From positions 1 to 54,646 of IMG/VR virus record IMGVR_UViG_3300030222_000026: a stretch of 54,646 nt of DNA. One strand, 5' to 3'. The number at the start of each line of letters is the position of its first letter. Positions within the stretch are counted from its first letter, which is position 1. A program made the translations under genes and the position numbers. The notes below the pieces were generated by a model. That model searched no databases, was not told the origin of the DNA, and was given only the letters and a program-made list of their open reading frames with translations. The DNA is from a virus. Lineage: Duplodnaviria > Caudoviricetes. Of the stretch, positions 28,096 to 37,937 are shown piece after piece.

Positions 28096-29633
28096 CACGT
28101 CCTCTTGATGTGTACGCCGAAGCCAGAAAAGAAGAAGAGGCCCCTGCCCTCCGTCACCTCGAACTCGAAGCGAACACCCCGGTAGCGACACTGGAATGGG
28201 CGCTCGAATTGGTCGAACAATGGGACACGCGCAATGGTCCCGTCGTCCCCACTCGCCTCGACCCAGAACTCGTCAGAGAAAATCTGGCGGTCGTTCTCGT
28301 CGCAGGCGACGACCTTCATGCGCCCCTGGCCAGCCGCCTGAATTGTCAGGGCGCGCGTCTCCTTGTAGTTCGAAATCGAACCGTGCCAGAGCAGAGGCGT
28401 GCAGAAGCGAAGCGGGGCCTGCTCCTCGGAAAGCTCATAAGCTTCATCGTTGACGATGTAGGGTCCGTCGATGGTCCCGATGACCACCTTGTCGGAGAGG
28501 GCGAAGCCGCAGGTTCCGTTCAGAAAGCGGGTCATGGACCACTTCGGGGAGAAGCTCTGCTGGTTCGGGTTCATCGAGAGCGTCAGACGCGTCGTGAAGC
28601 CCGTCGTCTCGTTCGGAAAGAAGATGTGATAATGCGAGTTGTCCTGATCCCAGACAGCGGAAATGGTCTGAGGATCGTCCACGGAGTCGACAAGCTGGCG
28701 GTAGAGGCGTTGGACGCGATCCGACATGGATTGAGAGAAGACAAGAATGCCATTCTGCTTCGAACGGGCAACCGAATGGACGCCATTACGGGAACAGAAA
28801 AGAAGATCCGTGCCAGCCGACTGGATCGTGTTGTGAGAGATGCAGCCAACGTTGACGTTGGCTGAAGCGTCAATGGTCCAGTTTCGGATGTCCGGGTCGG
28901 TTTCGTAGAGGATCATCCGGTTCTCGGTGAAAATGGCCAGGCGGGAGACCTCGAACGGGGCGATGCCCGTGATCGTCTCAGCGCGCGGAATGAGGTTCTG
29001 AATGTCGATGAAGCCAGCGCGTGTGACCTCGGTCGAGGTCGCGTCAGTGTCCTTGTCGTAGAAGACAAGGCTGTTGGTGCGGGAGAAGTGGATCTCCGTT
29101 GGGCGCAGGGGAATACCGGCAATGATGACGCGGTTCTGGACCGTCGTGCAGAAAGCCGGGACATAGGAGCCAAGGTTGGTCGTGGGCTGCGCCTCGCGAA
29201 AGAGGAGCCCGTTGTAGGTGTACGGCATCAGCGCCTTGGCCGTGTAAAGCTGAACGCCGTTGAAGGTCGTCGACGAGACGACCGCATTCGAAGGCCAGAC
29301 TTCCGGGGTTTCATGGTTGCGGGTCGAGCGGAAACCGAGACCGGCATTCGTACGATAAACCCAGGCAGCTTCGGGGCCATCCGCGTTGAACAGGATCAGA
29401 TGGACGATCCGGTCGTAGTTCTCGACCCCGTCAATCATCTTGAGGCGACTGTAGCCCGCGTCGCGGACGATCTGGCCGTATTCGTCCGCATACCCACCGG
29501 AAAGCGTCGTGAGAGGCTGACTGTTGCCGCGATCACGGGCCAGGGGGGAGAGGGTCGTGTCGAGGCCAACGAAACCCTCATAGGCGGAAACAGACTCGTT
29601 GCGGATCGACGTCGGACGCAGAGGGTTACTCAT
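28095..29633 (-). CDS. Tail nozzle / head-closure protein (tubular B-like)
   Basis: 512 aa, beta-rich, GCISHNTI motif, follows the adaptor. Confidence 0.65.
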   Translation of the reverse strand: MSNPLRPTSIRNESVSAYEGFVGLDTTLSPLARDRGNSQPLTTLSGGYADEYGQIVRDAGYSRLKMIDGVENYDRIVHLILFNADGPEAAWVYRTNAGLGFRSTRNHETPEVWPSNAVVSSTTFNGVQLYTAKALMPYTYNGLLFREAQPTTNLGSYVPAFCTTVQNRVIIAGIPLRPTEIHFSRTNSLVFYDKDTDATSTEVTRAGFIDIQNLIPRAETITGIAPFEVSRLAIFTENRMILYETDPDIRNWTIDASANVNVGCISHNTIQSAGTDLLFCSRNGVHSVARSKQNGILVFSQSMSDRVQRLYRQLVDSVDDPQTISAVWDQDNSHYHIFFPNETTGFTTRLTLSMNPNQQSFSPKWSMTRFLNGTCGFALSDKVVIGTIDGPYIVNDEAYELSEEQAPLRFCTPLLWHGSISNYKETRALTIQAAGQGRMKVVACDENDRQIFSDEFWVEASGDDGTIARVPLFDQFERPFQCRYRGVRFEFEVTEGRGLFFFSGFGVHIKRT

Positions 29634-30070
29634 GTCTTCGTCCCGTTGATTGTCGAACGCCCCTCGCTCCGGTCGACAGGCCGAACCTCAATGCGCGTGT
29701 TGCCATTGAGGCGGTTCCAGAGGAGTTGGTTCAGCATGCGGTGGTACTTGGGCTGGAAAAGACCAATTCGTTCGCTGCCTTGTTGCTCCGCGAAACGCGC
29801 CAACAGGCCATAGGTCATGACCATATCGGGGATCGGGCACTCCTCCGTCGCCGATGTGAGATAGTCGAGGGGTGGGTTGTTCTCCCAATACGGATGGGAA
29901 TTGACGTCCTCGATCACGGAGTTGGCCAGCAGAAGGAACGTGTGGGTCAAGGTGCCGTCCATGACCTCGGCATGAGAGACACCCCACAGGTTCATCGCGT
30001 TGGCGATGACCTGCGCCATCGGAGAGTACTGCCCTCCGGCAAGCGTGTGGGGTTCCGTCTGCTCGGACAT
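29630..30070 (-). CDS. Head-tail adaptor-like protein
   Basis: Small helical protein between capsid and nozzle. Confidence 0.5.
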   Translation of the reverse strand: MSEQTEPHTLAGGQYSPMAQVIANAMNLWGVSHAEVMDGTLTHTFLLLANSVIEDVNSHPYWENNPPLDYLTSATEECPIPDMVMTYGLLARFAEQQGSERIGLFQPKYHRMLNQLLWNRLNGNTRIEVRPVDRSEGRSTINGTKT

Positions 30071-30074
30071 CGGC

Positions 30075-30338
30075 TCACTTCTTTCGGATGACGCGGCCTG
30101 TCACGACATGATGGTGCCGCGAAAAACGGTCGGCCTCATCAGCGGGAACCTCGAAGTGAAGGCGACCGTCGTTCGAGCGGGACGGGCGAATGCCGATGAT
30201 CTGGAACTGATGGCTCTCGCGCTCCTTCGAGACGAAGTCGATGGAAGACGGTTCCGAAGACGCGGCGCGCGCCTTGCGCTGGCGCTTCGGGGCCTCTTCG
30301 GTCTGAGCCGAGGCAATGATTTCTTCGATCTCAGTCAT
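30075..30338 (-). CDS. Hypothetical protein
   Basis: GGAGG RBS; in operon. Confidence 0.6.
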   Translation of the reverse strand: MTEIEEIIASAQTEEAPKRQRKARAASSEPSSIDFVSKERESHQFQIIGIRPSRSNDGRLHFEVPADEADRFSRHHHVVTGRVIRKK

Positions 30339-30600
30339 GGTTCAGAACCACCTCTTCTCGCGAAACAAGATGGACAGACGATCCATCCAACTCGCTCGCC
30401 AGGTTGCGCAGCGCGCGCTGCGCCTCGGAAAGACGACCCCGCTGCCAGAGCATGAGGGCCAATGGGGGAGCCTCCGGGGACGCCGCCTCGGCGAGAGCCT
30501 CCGGCGTCGTCACGAAGACGATGTCCGTCAGTGGAGTGCCAAGCCGCATGGCGAGCAACTTGCGGATCGCGTACTTGCGGCTGTTCGTGATGACGATCAC
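30331..30600 (-). CDS. Hypothetical protein
   Basis: GGGGAG RBS before GTG at 30600; overlaps the next start. Confidence 0.5.
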   Translation of the reverse strand: MIVITNSRKYAIRKLLAMRLGTPLTDIVFVTTPEALAEAASPEAPPLALMLWQRGRLSEAQRALRNLASELDGSSVHLVSREEVVLNHD

Positions 30601-30614
30601 CAGAACTCCCCTGT

Positions 30615-30651
30615 GAAAGAGGCAGGGGGCGGGCCAGATCCCGCCCCCTGC
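30615..30651 (-). terminator. Terminator after the major capsid gene
   Basis: 12-bp GC stem (GCAGGGGGCGGG/CCCGCCCCCTGC) plus CTCTTT. Confidence 0.65.
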
Positions 30652-30660
30652 GGCCACCCG

Positions 30661-31842
30661 TCAGGTACGGGTCGACCAGTTCTTGATGTAGGCGTGGACC
30701 TTGTCCTGAAGCAGTTCCAGACCGCACTCGGTCAGGTACTCGTGCTTCACGCCGTCCTCGTCGTTCGCCTGCCGGTTCTCGAGAAGCTGCGTGTCGCGGC
30801 CCTCGAGATAGCGGTAGGTGACATACGGGAAGTCGACGACGATCATCGCCTCGCGCATGCCAGGAACCTGACGGAACTGCGGATGCAGATGGACCATCAG
30901 GTCGCCCGCGAACGTGTTGTAGCGGGTCAGGTTCACGCCATAAGCACCCTGGACGGTGTCCGGGGACCAGCGGTCCTTGCCGTACATCTGGAGGTGATGC
31001 GCGACCTTGTCACCAACGAAGGCGATCTTCTGGGACGAACCGTACTTGAAGATCGTCTGGATGAGTTGTTCGTCGAACTGCTCTTCCGACATCGAGCCAT
31101 CTCCGTCGATGTCGGAGTTGCAGTCGATGACGTTGGTGAGTTGGGTCAGCAGACCGCCAGTGTAGCGGGTCGGCTGCGCCGTGGTGCCATTGGCCTCGTG
31201 CTTGACGCCGAAGAAAAACGCACGCTCGATGTCCGACATGTGGAGCTTGAGGGCCTTGGTCATGGCCTCCTCCTCCTTCGGACCCGTGCGAAGGTACGTC
31301 GATTGCAGAGTGCCACTGACCGAGAAGGCATAGCGGAAGATCTGCGTGTAGTTCGACGCAACCGTCGCATCGAACGTCACCGCAGTCGGAGACGTGCCAC
31401 CTTCCTGAGCCGCATAGCCAGCGACGAAGAGTTCGTCGTTGTCCGTGATGGTGTAGGAGGTGCCGCCGATGTTGCGGGTGACAGTGAGCGTGGTCGCCGT
31501 GGTGTCAGCCGTGACGTGCATGACTTCGCCAGTCGCCGAGTTGACGATCAGAGCGCCAGCGATGGCGTACTTGTTGTCGTCAGACGCGTCGATGGTGAGA
31601 GAGCCAGTGCTGTCGTCGTAGCCAGCGCCGTTGTTGATGGTGAGAACGCGCTCGGGAAGCTCGTCCCGGAAGTTCTTGAACTCCGGGTCGTCGGTGGACT
31701 CGTTCGAGCCCATGGCCAGGAGGGCGTTCAGTGGAGCGTTGCCGTTCGGCTCAAGGAGCGTGAACAGTTCGCGGTAGTTCTTGGGGCGGAAGTCCGTGTT
31801 GAACTCACCAGTGCCACGGAGCCCCTGAATTGCAGCAGGCAT
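30661..31842 (-). CDS. Major capsid protein (DUF5309/SU10-like)
   Basis: 393 aa; NYTQIFR, DIERAFFFG, TGGL, EYLTECGLE; strong codon bias; follows the scaffold. Confidence 0.85.
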   Translation of the reverse strand: MPAAIQGLRGTGEFNTDFRPKNYRELFTLLEPNGNAPLNALLAMGSNESTDDPEFKNFRDELPERVLTINNGAGYDDSTGSLTIDASDDNKYAIAGALIVNSATGEVMHVTADTTATTLTVTRNIGGTSYTITDNDELFVAGYAAQEGGTSPTAVTFDATVASNYTQIFRYAFSVSGTLQSTYLRTGPKEEEAMTKALKLHMSDIERAFFFGVKHEANGTTAQPTRYTGGLLTQLTNVIDCNSDIDGDGSMSEEQFDEQLIQTIFKYGSSQKIAFVGDKVAHHLQMYGKDRWSPDTVQGAYGVNLTRYNTFAGDLMVHLHPQFRQVPGMREAMIVVDFPYVTYRYLEGRDTQLLENRQANDEDGVKHEYLTECGLELLQDKVHAYIKNWSTRT

Positions 31843-31983
31843 GTGCCCACTCCTTCCGATTGAAGGTGGATTACAGGGTTTTGTGCTCTGGCGAAGGCAA
31901 TCGCTTCTCTCGCCGGATCAGTGGACAGCCGCAGCGGCCCTATGGCGGAAATAGCAAGAGGGGTGAAATCTATCGTCCCACCC

Positions 31984-32014
31984 AAAAAAAGAGGGGAGAC
32001 CCGGAGGTCTCCCC
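31984..32014 (-). terminator. Terminator between scaffold and capsid genes
   Basis: GGGGAGACC-TCCG-GGTCTCCCC then TC and T7 on the minus strand. Confidence 0.75.
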
Positions 32015-32053
32015 CAAGTCAGGACAGGGCGGTGTCCTGACGTTAGACGAATG

Positions 32054-33100
32054 TTAGACGCCCGCGCGCTTGGCCATGACGGACTGAGTCAGGCGGTCAA
32101 GGGGGGTCTCCTCGGACGGGCCAGAGGTTGCGCCGCCAGCGGTCGGCGTCGCGCCAATGCCACCAGAGGTGAAGGCTTGGCGGCGCTTCGCGATCTCGCG
32201 AATGCGCTCCATCTCGGGGCTGGCCAGCGTGTTGGCGAAGTCCTTCATGACCTTGGCCGTCAGGTTGATGTCGATGAAGTCGTCCTTCGTGTAGCCACGC
32301 TCGGCGGCAAACATCATGAAATCATTCGCGGCCTCGTCAGGGAGCTTCAGGGCAGCCTGCACACGGTCGAGGTTGTTGGCGATCTGCTGGCTGACGAGAG
32401 CCTGCTGGTTCTGCCCCTGCTGACGCTGAGACGCAGCCGTAGCCTGGGTCATGCCCTGAGCCGCGCCCATCATCCGCTGCATCATCTGCATCATCTGCTG
32501 CATCTGTTGCTGCGTGCGCTGGACGTTCGTGAACATATCCTCATAGCCAGGGGGGAGCGAGTTGAGCGCGTTCTCCTCCGCCCAACGCTGAAGCGCCTGA
32601 ACGTCGGTGGGTGCCGTCTCGGCCCGCTTTTCCTGGGCGCGCTCTGCGTCCGCGCCGAACTGAGGCTGAGGAGACTGGCCGCGCGCAAGATCGAGGAGCT
32701 TGCGCGCCACTGTCTTGGGGTTCTCGTTCGGATTGTTGCGAAGGTAGGCCCCGACAACGTCGAGAACCGGCTTCATCTGGGCGTTCTGGTAGTTCAGGGC
32801 GCGGTAACGGTCGAAGGTCGAGAGGATCTGCTGAGGCGTCAGCTTCTCGGTGTTGCCGTCCGGACGCTTGATCTCGTAGATGATGGCGTCCTCCGCCATC
32901 TTGTCCCCCTCGGTGTCAGGGGAGCCCTGCGCCTCGGCGTTGCCAACAGTCGTGTCAGGAGCGGGTTTGGACGTGTCCAGGTTGGGCTGTGCATCAGGTT
33001 GGGCTGAGGCATCTGCCGGAGCCGCGCCATCAGACGCCCCCAAGGCAGCCGCAGCGACCTGCTGAATGAGGCGGTCCTGATTTTCGACGGGCTTGTTCAT
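32054..33100 (-). CDS. Capsid scaffolding protein
   Basis: Disordered acidic N-terminus, Q/M-rich coil, directly upstream of the capsid gene. Confidence 0.65.
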   Translation of the reverse strand: MNKPVENQDRLIQQVAAAALGASDGAAPADASAQPDAQPNLDTSKPAPDTTVGNAEAQGSPDTEGDKMAEDAIIYEIKRPDGNTEKLTPQQILSTFDRYRALNYQNAQMKPVLDVVGAYLRNNPNENPKTVARKLLDLARGQSPQPQFGADAERAQEKRAETAPTDVQALQRWAEENALNSLPPGYEDMFTNVQRTQQQMQQMMQMMQRMMGAAQGMTQATAASQRQQGQNQQALVSQQIANNLDRVQAALKLPDEAANDFMMFAAERGYTKDDFIDINLTAKVMKDFANTLASPEMERIREIAKRRQAFTSGGIGATPTAGGATSGPSEETPLDRLTQSVMAKRAGV

Positions 33101-33372
33101 CGTGAGCCTTCCTTCGGTCCATTGAGCCTGGCTTCCGTCTCCTCCCGGTCAATCAGGCGGTCGGGAAGACGGAGGAGATTGCGCGCCGCGAACAATACGC
33201 CCCTCGTGTAGTTGCGTTCGTCCTCCGGGAGGTTCGGGTTCATCAGAAGGCGATCCGTGACCCGCTCGATCTCGAGGGCCATGGCCTCGCACATGAGCGC
33301 CCACCCCTTGGAGTCACGAACGGCGCGGATCTCCTCAACACGGCGCGCAGGAGGAAGACGGAGACCGCTCAC
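33097..33372 (-). CDS. Hypothetical protein
   Basis: GTG start overlaps the upstream stop; helical. Confidence 0.6.
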   Translation of the reverse strand: MSGLRLPPARRVEEIRAVRDSKGWALMCEAMALEIERVTDRLLMNPNLPEDERNYTRGVLFAARNLLRLPDRLIDREETEARLNGPKEGSR

Positions 33373-33479
33373 CCTTTCTTGCCCCCCATGGCCTTCTTCG
33401 TGGCCGACTTGCGATCCTGCTCGATGCGGGCGCGACCGTACTTGTCATTGCCGCTCGGCTTCTTGCCACCCTTCTTCAT
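33369..33479 (-). CDS. 36-aa Lys-rich peptide (not in ORF track)
   Basis: MKKGGKKPSGNDKYGRARIEQDRKSATKKAMGGKKG; AGGAGG RBS; 4-bp overlaps on both sides. Confidence 0.6.
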   Translation of the reverse strand: MKKGGKKPSGNDKYGRARIEQDRKSATKKAMGGKKG

Positions 33480-34351
33480 CGGGACGTCCTCCTGAAAAAA
33501 CCGGAAAGCCACATGGCCAGGCGCATGAAGATGCGCGCAATGTAACTCTGCTGGAGTTCCCGCGAAGAGTCGTCCTGCTCGACGGGGCGGCTCTCGATGG
33601 CCTGCTTGAGCGCGTCACGCTCTTCCATTACCTCGGAGAGCTTGCTGGCCATCGCCCTGCGGCGCTTGGCGTGCATCGACTGAAGGCGGTTGAGCGTGAG
33701 CCTGTCGAAGCGGCCAGTGATGGGGAGGTCGGCAGCCTTCTGGAAGCGCTTGATGGCCGCACGGGTCTTCGGGCCAACGATGCCATCGAGAGGGCCAAAT
33801 TCATAGCCTGCCTCCTTCAGGAGGATCTGGCTGTCGAGGGCTTCGCTGTCGGGGCCGAAATCCCAATCGCCCTGAATGGCCAGGGTGGGGAGGCCGCGCG
33901 CCTTGGCCTCCGGAATGACGTCGAAGCAGGGACATGCTTTCAGGTGTTCGTGGGCCTCGATTATGCCGTCACCGTCCCGATCAGGAGAAAGATCGCGATG
34001 ACCGCAGATCACGGAGCCAGGATATTCGGAGGTGAGGCTCTCCAGCAGGTTCCAGAGAGTGGAAACCTGCTCGGGCGTCCGCGTGTCGGACGGCTTCCCA
34101 TTGTCGTCGAGGCCGCCTTCGAGACATACGCCGATGGATGTGGAGTTGTAGCCGGAAACATGCGCGCCGATCTGGTCGAGGTCGCGGCCCTTCTCGAGAG
34201 TGCCATTCCTACGAATGACATAGTGATAGCCGATACCGCTCCAGCCGCGCGCCTTGTGCCAGCGGTCGATGTCGGCAGCGCTCGAGGTCTGGGAGGGCCG
34301 GATGGCCGAGACATGGACGACGATGTAGGAGGTCGTCTTGCGCTTCGGCAT
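33476..34351 (-). CDS. N-acetylmuramoyl-L-alanine amidase (T7 lysozyme-like) with peptidoglycan-binding domain
   Basis: IVVH, GIGYHYVI, GAHVSGYN, GHRDL, KACPCF; DGIVGPKTRAAIKRFQ. Confidence 0.9.
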   Translation of the reverse strand: MPKRKTTSYIVVHVSAIRPSQTSSAADIDRWHKARGWSGIGYHYVIRRNGTLEKGRDLDQIGAHVSGYNSTSIGVCLEGGLDDNGKPSDTRTPEQVSTLWNLLESLTSEYPGSVICGHRDLSPDRDGDGIIEAHEHLKACPCFDVIPEAKARGLPTLAIQGDWDFGPDSEALDSQILLKEAGYEFGPLDGIVGPKTRAAIKRFQKAADLPITGRFDRLTLNRLQSMHAKRRRAMASKLSEVMEERDALKQAIESRPVEQDDSSRELQQSYIARIFMRLAMWLSGFFRRTSR

Positions 34352-34352
34352 G

Positions 34353-34571
34353 TCAGGACTCCTTCCTCGAACGAGCGGAAGGTTTTGAGGGCCGCGAGGG
34401 CTCCTTCTTGGCTTCACTCTCGGCCTGGAGCGCGGAGCGCATGGAGGCGATCTCGCGGTCCTTCATGGAGAGTTGCGCCGCAAGCGTGTTGTTCGAAAGA
34501 ACGAGTTCGCCAATCAGGCTCTTGGCCTGGGCCAACTGATAGGTCAGTTGGCGATATTCTGCGTCTTCCAT
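34353..34571 (-). CDS. Small coiled-coil protein
   Basis: GGAG RBS, heptad pattern. Confidence 0.6.
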   Translation of the reverse strand: MEDAEYRQLTYQLAQAKSLIGELVLSNNTLAAQLSMKDREIASMRSALQAESEAKKEPSRPSKPSARSRKES

Positions 34572-34628
34572 GGGAACTCCATCTGTTGAGATGGAGGGAG
34601 AATTGCGCAGAGTGTGACGGCTGTCGTC

Positions 34629-35141
34629 CTAGAGGGAGGCCGCAATCAACCAAAGTTCGTCGATGCGGGTTTTCGACAGGCCGAGGGCCGCGCCGATCTG
34701 TGCGATCAGTGGATGGTCGCGTTCGTAGGACGTCGCGTACTCCCATTCGATGAGGGCAGCCTCACGCTCGACGGGGTCAGTGATCAATTCAATCTGCTCG
34801 ACAACTTGAGCCTGAGTGATGGACTCCTGCGTGAGCAGGGCCAGGCGGAGTTGGCGGGCGGTGATCTCCGGGTAAACCACTGGAGCGACATAGGGAACCC
34901 ACGAGTTCGTGTCGAAATCCCATGTGTCCAGGGCGCAGTTGGGCGGGCCGGGAACCTCGATGCCGCCTTCGGGGGGCGTTACATCGGGCGTGACCGTTTC
35001 GATGAGGTCAGGCTGAGGAATTTCTTCGCCGGTGTCAGGGTCGGTGATGGGGTCTTGCGGCGTGCGGACGGTGTAGGCGGGAGCCGGGGCGAAGCCGCCA
35101 AGATAAACGCCGTTCGCGTCGATGTAGTATTTTGTAATCAT
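34629..35141 (-). CDS. Tail fibre assembly chaperone-like protein
   Basis: YYIDANGVYLGGF; ITARQLRLAL...IEWEYA...IDELW; follows the fibre gene. Confidence 0.7.
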   Translation of the reverse strand: MITKYYIDANGVYLGGFAPAPAYTVRTPQDPITDPDTGEEIPQPDLIETVTPDVTPPEGGIEVPGPPNCALDTWDFDTNSWVPYVAPVVYPEITARQLRLALLTQESITQAQVVEQIELITDPVEREAALIEWEYATSYERDHPLIAQIGAALGLSKTRIDELWLIAASL

Positions 35142-37552
35142 GCGAAAGCCCTTATGATAATCTTCCATTTTGATGCAATAATACTGCCATAACCGCCCGT
35201 CGTCCAATTGATGATGTCGATTGGGTATGTATCAGAGCCAATTCTGACAACAATATTCGTGCTATCAAATTGGATCGCGAGCCCTCTTGCTGGCCCTTCC
35301 CACAACGAACTCACACCAGGGTTCACAAAGACCTCGTCACCGACAGAATATCCAGAGTCAGCGGAGGTGCACTTGATGGATGCGAGCACTAGCTTCGGCA
35401 CCGCTCCGAGCCCATGCGCGAGCGTCAGGCTCCCGCCGCTGGTGATGGTCTGTTCAGCGCTCTCATAGGATTTCGTGAAGGGGACGGTATCCAGCCCCAA
35501 GCTCGCCAGAAAACCCTCCTTGGTGTTCTTGCGGACGAAGCTGTCGGTGGAGCTATAGAAGATCGTGTCCGAGTTCCGCGTCGTCTGGGTGTGAGTCATC
35601 CAGACGTGCGTGCCTTGCAGATAGCGCCCCGAGATATCCCCCTCGCCGTCCCGCCGAACGAGTGTGTGCGGGTTTTCGGCGACAGAGATAGGCTGGTTCC
35701 CCTCATGCCAGACGGGGTTGTTGTCTACTTCAAGGCCGCCGTAAACAAGGACGATAGAGCCGCTTCCAGGATCAATGCGAACGTTTCCATTGTCTGAAAC
35801 AAGATACAAATCACTGTTGTTAACGGAGCCGAACCCGACATAGCCGAGGCGGGAAATCGAGCCGCCGAGAACCGTCGACCACAAGAACTCAATGTATGGG
35901 TTCGCAAGAGCCGCGCTAGCCGCTCCAGCGTCGATTAGCTGGAGAATATCAGCCCCAGATGTATTCTGAATACGGACGTCACCTCCGGCGAGGTCAAGGC
36001 GAATATTCGCGCCCTCTACATTCAAATCTGAAAATGTGCCAGAGGAGGGAGCCGACTCTCCAATCGCAGTTCCATCGACGGTGCCGCCATTGATGTTGAC
36101 CGCGCCCAACGTCGCCATTCCACTCACAACGATATTCCCATCGACATCAAGCCTTTCAGTGGGAGAGGTCTTGCCAATGGCAAGGTTTCCGCCATTGATG
36201 TAGCTGTCGCCTTGTCCTCGAAAGAACACCTTGGCATTTCCGTCGCCATCGTAAAGGAGTAGGCCCCCGTCATCTGTGCTGCCGGTGTCGCCCATGTAGA
36301 CATATCGCGACTTGTCAGGGCGCGTGATACCTAGTCCAGCGTTTTGATTTTGTTGTACTTCTAACCCGAATTGCGGCGCACCGCTCACCCCAATACCAAA
36401 CCTCCCCGTGCTGGCATCCCATCGAGCGCCTACCGTTGATCCGTCGTCTCGATAAAGAAGAATGTCACCACCAAGCGTCGCGCCACCACTTACCGCAATG
36501 GTGTCAAAGGTTGATGCCCCGAGCGCGCGAACTCCGCCATCAATCCTAAGGTGGACAGGAAAAGTGCCCGAGGCGTTCCTGGCTCGAATGTTCCACTCGC
36601 GATTATTGCCATCGTAGTAAGTCTGTAAGTGACTACCGTCATCGTATGAGCCGCTGTACGGCTCGATTTCGAAATAACCGCCAGTGACCGTGGGGCCGTA
36701 AGCCGAGAGGAAGTCCGAGGCATGCTCGCCGTCGAGCGTGTCAGCGTCGAGGCCGGAAGACGCCCCATCGTTGCCAGAGTGCCAGATCGTGTGGCCGTCG
36801 TAGGTCGAATTGGTGATCGTCACGCCGTCGATGCCGCCGCCCGTGATCGCAGCCGTCGCCACGTTGCTCATCGAAATCCACGAGGAGCCCGTGTAGACGC
36901 GCATCTCTGGCATCGTCGTGTTGAAGTAGAGCGCGCCAGCGGTCAGAGGGTCGCCATCGTTGTCGAGAGCAGGGTCGCTCGCCTTGGGGCCAAGGTAGCG
37001 GTCGTCGAAGTCATCGTACGATGACGCAGCAGCAAGGGCTGAAGCCGCCGCATTCGTCTCGCTACCAAGAGCGGCAGAGGCAGACGAAGACGCAACATTC
37101 GCATGGCCAAGGGCCGTGGAGGCAGAGCCAGAGGCGTTCGAAGCGTAGGTCTGCGCGTCGTCGCGGTGAGATTGCGCGGAGTCGCGGTAGGAAAGAGCCA
37201 GGTCGCGCGCCGCCTCGGCGGCGGCTTGGGCATCCTCGGCAGCCAACTGAGCCGCCTCGGAGGCAGTCACGAAGGCTTGGAAATCCGTCGAAGTGACATC
37301 CTCCCATCCCGCGTTCGGGTCGACAAAGTCGCCAACCCTGACCTGAAGGAGGCCGGGGGTGGAGGGGGACTCGCGGAACTCGAAAAGTTCGGAGCGAAAC
37401 TCACCGTCGCTTGGGTCGAAAAGGTCTCCAAGGAGATCGGCAAGGGAGCGACCGCCAATCTCGGCAGCCTCAAGGTAGGTGTCGAGGACGTGGTTGCCCG
37501 TGTTCTCGGACAGGAAACGGAGTTGCTTACCCCGAACCTTCGTTTCCGTCAT
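35138..37552 (-). CDS. Tail fibre protein
   Basis: Ala/Ser coil, FDDRYLG...GALYFNT, WHSGNDG..SGLDADTLDG, LAHGLGAVP. Confidence 0.85.
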   Translation of the reverse strand: MTETKVRGKQLRFLSENTGNHVLDTYLEAAEIGGRSLADLLGDLFDPSDGEFRSELFEFRESPSTPGLLQVRVGDFVDPNAGWEDVTSTDFQAFVTASEAAQLAAEDAQAAAEAARDLALSYRDSAQSHRDDAQTYASNASGSASTALGHANVASSSASAALGSETNAAASALAAASSYDDFDDRYLGPKASDPALDNDGDPLTAGALYFNTTMPEMRVYTGSSWISMSNVATAAITGGGIDGVTITNSTYDGHTIWHSGNDGASSGLDADTLDGEHASDFLSAYGPTVTGGYFEIEPYSGSYDDGSHLQTYYDGNNREWNIRARNASGTFPVHLRIDGGVRALGASTFDTIAVSGGATLGGDILLYRDDGSTVGARWDASTGRFGIGVSGAPQFGLEVQQNQNAGLGITRPDKSRYVYMGDTGSTDDGGLLLYDGDGNAKVFFRGQGDSYINGGNLAIGKTSPTERLDVDGNIVVSGMATLGAVNINGGTVDGTAIGESAPSSGTFSDLNVEGANIRLDLAGGDVRIQNTSGADILQLIDAGAASAALANPYIEFLWSTVLGGSISRLGYVGFGSVNNSDLYLVSDNGNVRIDPGSGSIVLVYGGLEVDNNPVWHEGNQPISVAENPHTLVRRDGEGDISGRYLQGTHVWMTHTQTTRNSDTIFYSSTDSFVRKNTKEGFLASLGLDTVPFTKSYESAEQTITSGGSLTLAHGLGAVPKLVLASIKCTSADSGYSVGDEVFVNPGVSSLWEGPARGLAIQFDSTNIVVRIGSDTYPIDIINWTTGGYGSIIASKWKIIIRAFA

Positions 37553-37937
37553 GGGAGGCAGCCTCTCGACGCATGATTGCCTTCACCTTCGCGGATGTGA
37601 AGGAAGCGAAGGTCTTCTCGATGTTCGTGTCGACTAGCGCCACGAGGTTTTTCAGGTCGTCCTCGCGAGCCGCCAGAAGGGCGGCGTGACGGTCAGCCTG
37701 GAGACGCTCGAGGTCGTCGATGCGGGACACAATGGCTTCAAGGGAGTGCGAGGTGTCACAGGAAAGGGTAGAGAGGCGGTCGCGCAAACGACGGACATTC
37801 TCAGAAAGAGAACGCTCCGAAGAAGCCAGGTGGCCACGGATCTCCGCCGAAAGATCCCGGCGAAGCGTCGTGGCAACGGAACTCAGGTGCTTCGCGACAG
37901 AGGCGTCGATAAGAGCCTCGAGTTCGTCGTCGGTCAT
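37527..37937 (-). CDS. Hypothetical coiled-coil protein
   Basis: Overlaps the portal stop. Confidence 0.55.
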   Translation of the reverse strand: MTDDELEALIDASVAKHLSSVATTLRRDLSAEIRGHLASSERSLSENVRRLRDRLSTLSCDTSHSLEAIVSRIDDLERLQADRHAALLAAREDDLKNLVALVDTNIEKTFASFTSAKVKAIMRREAASHDGNEGSG

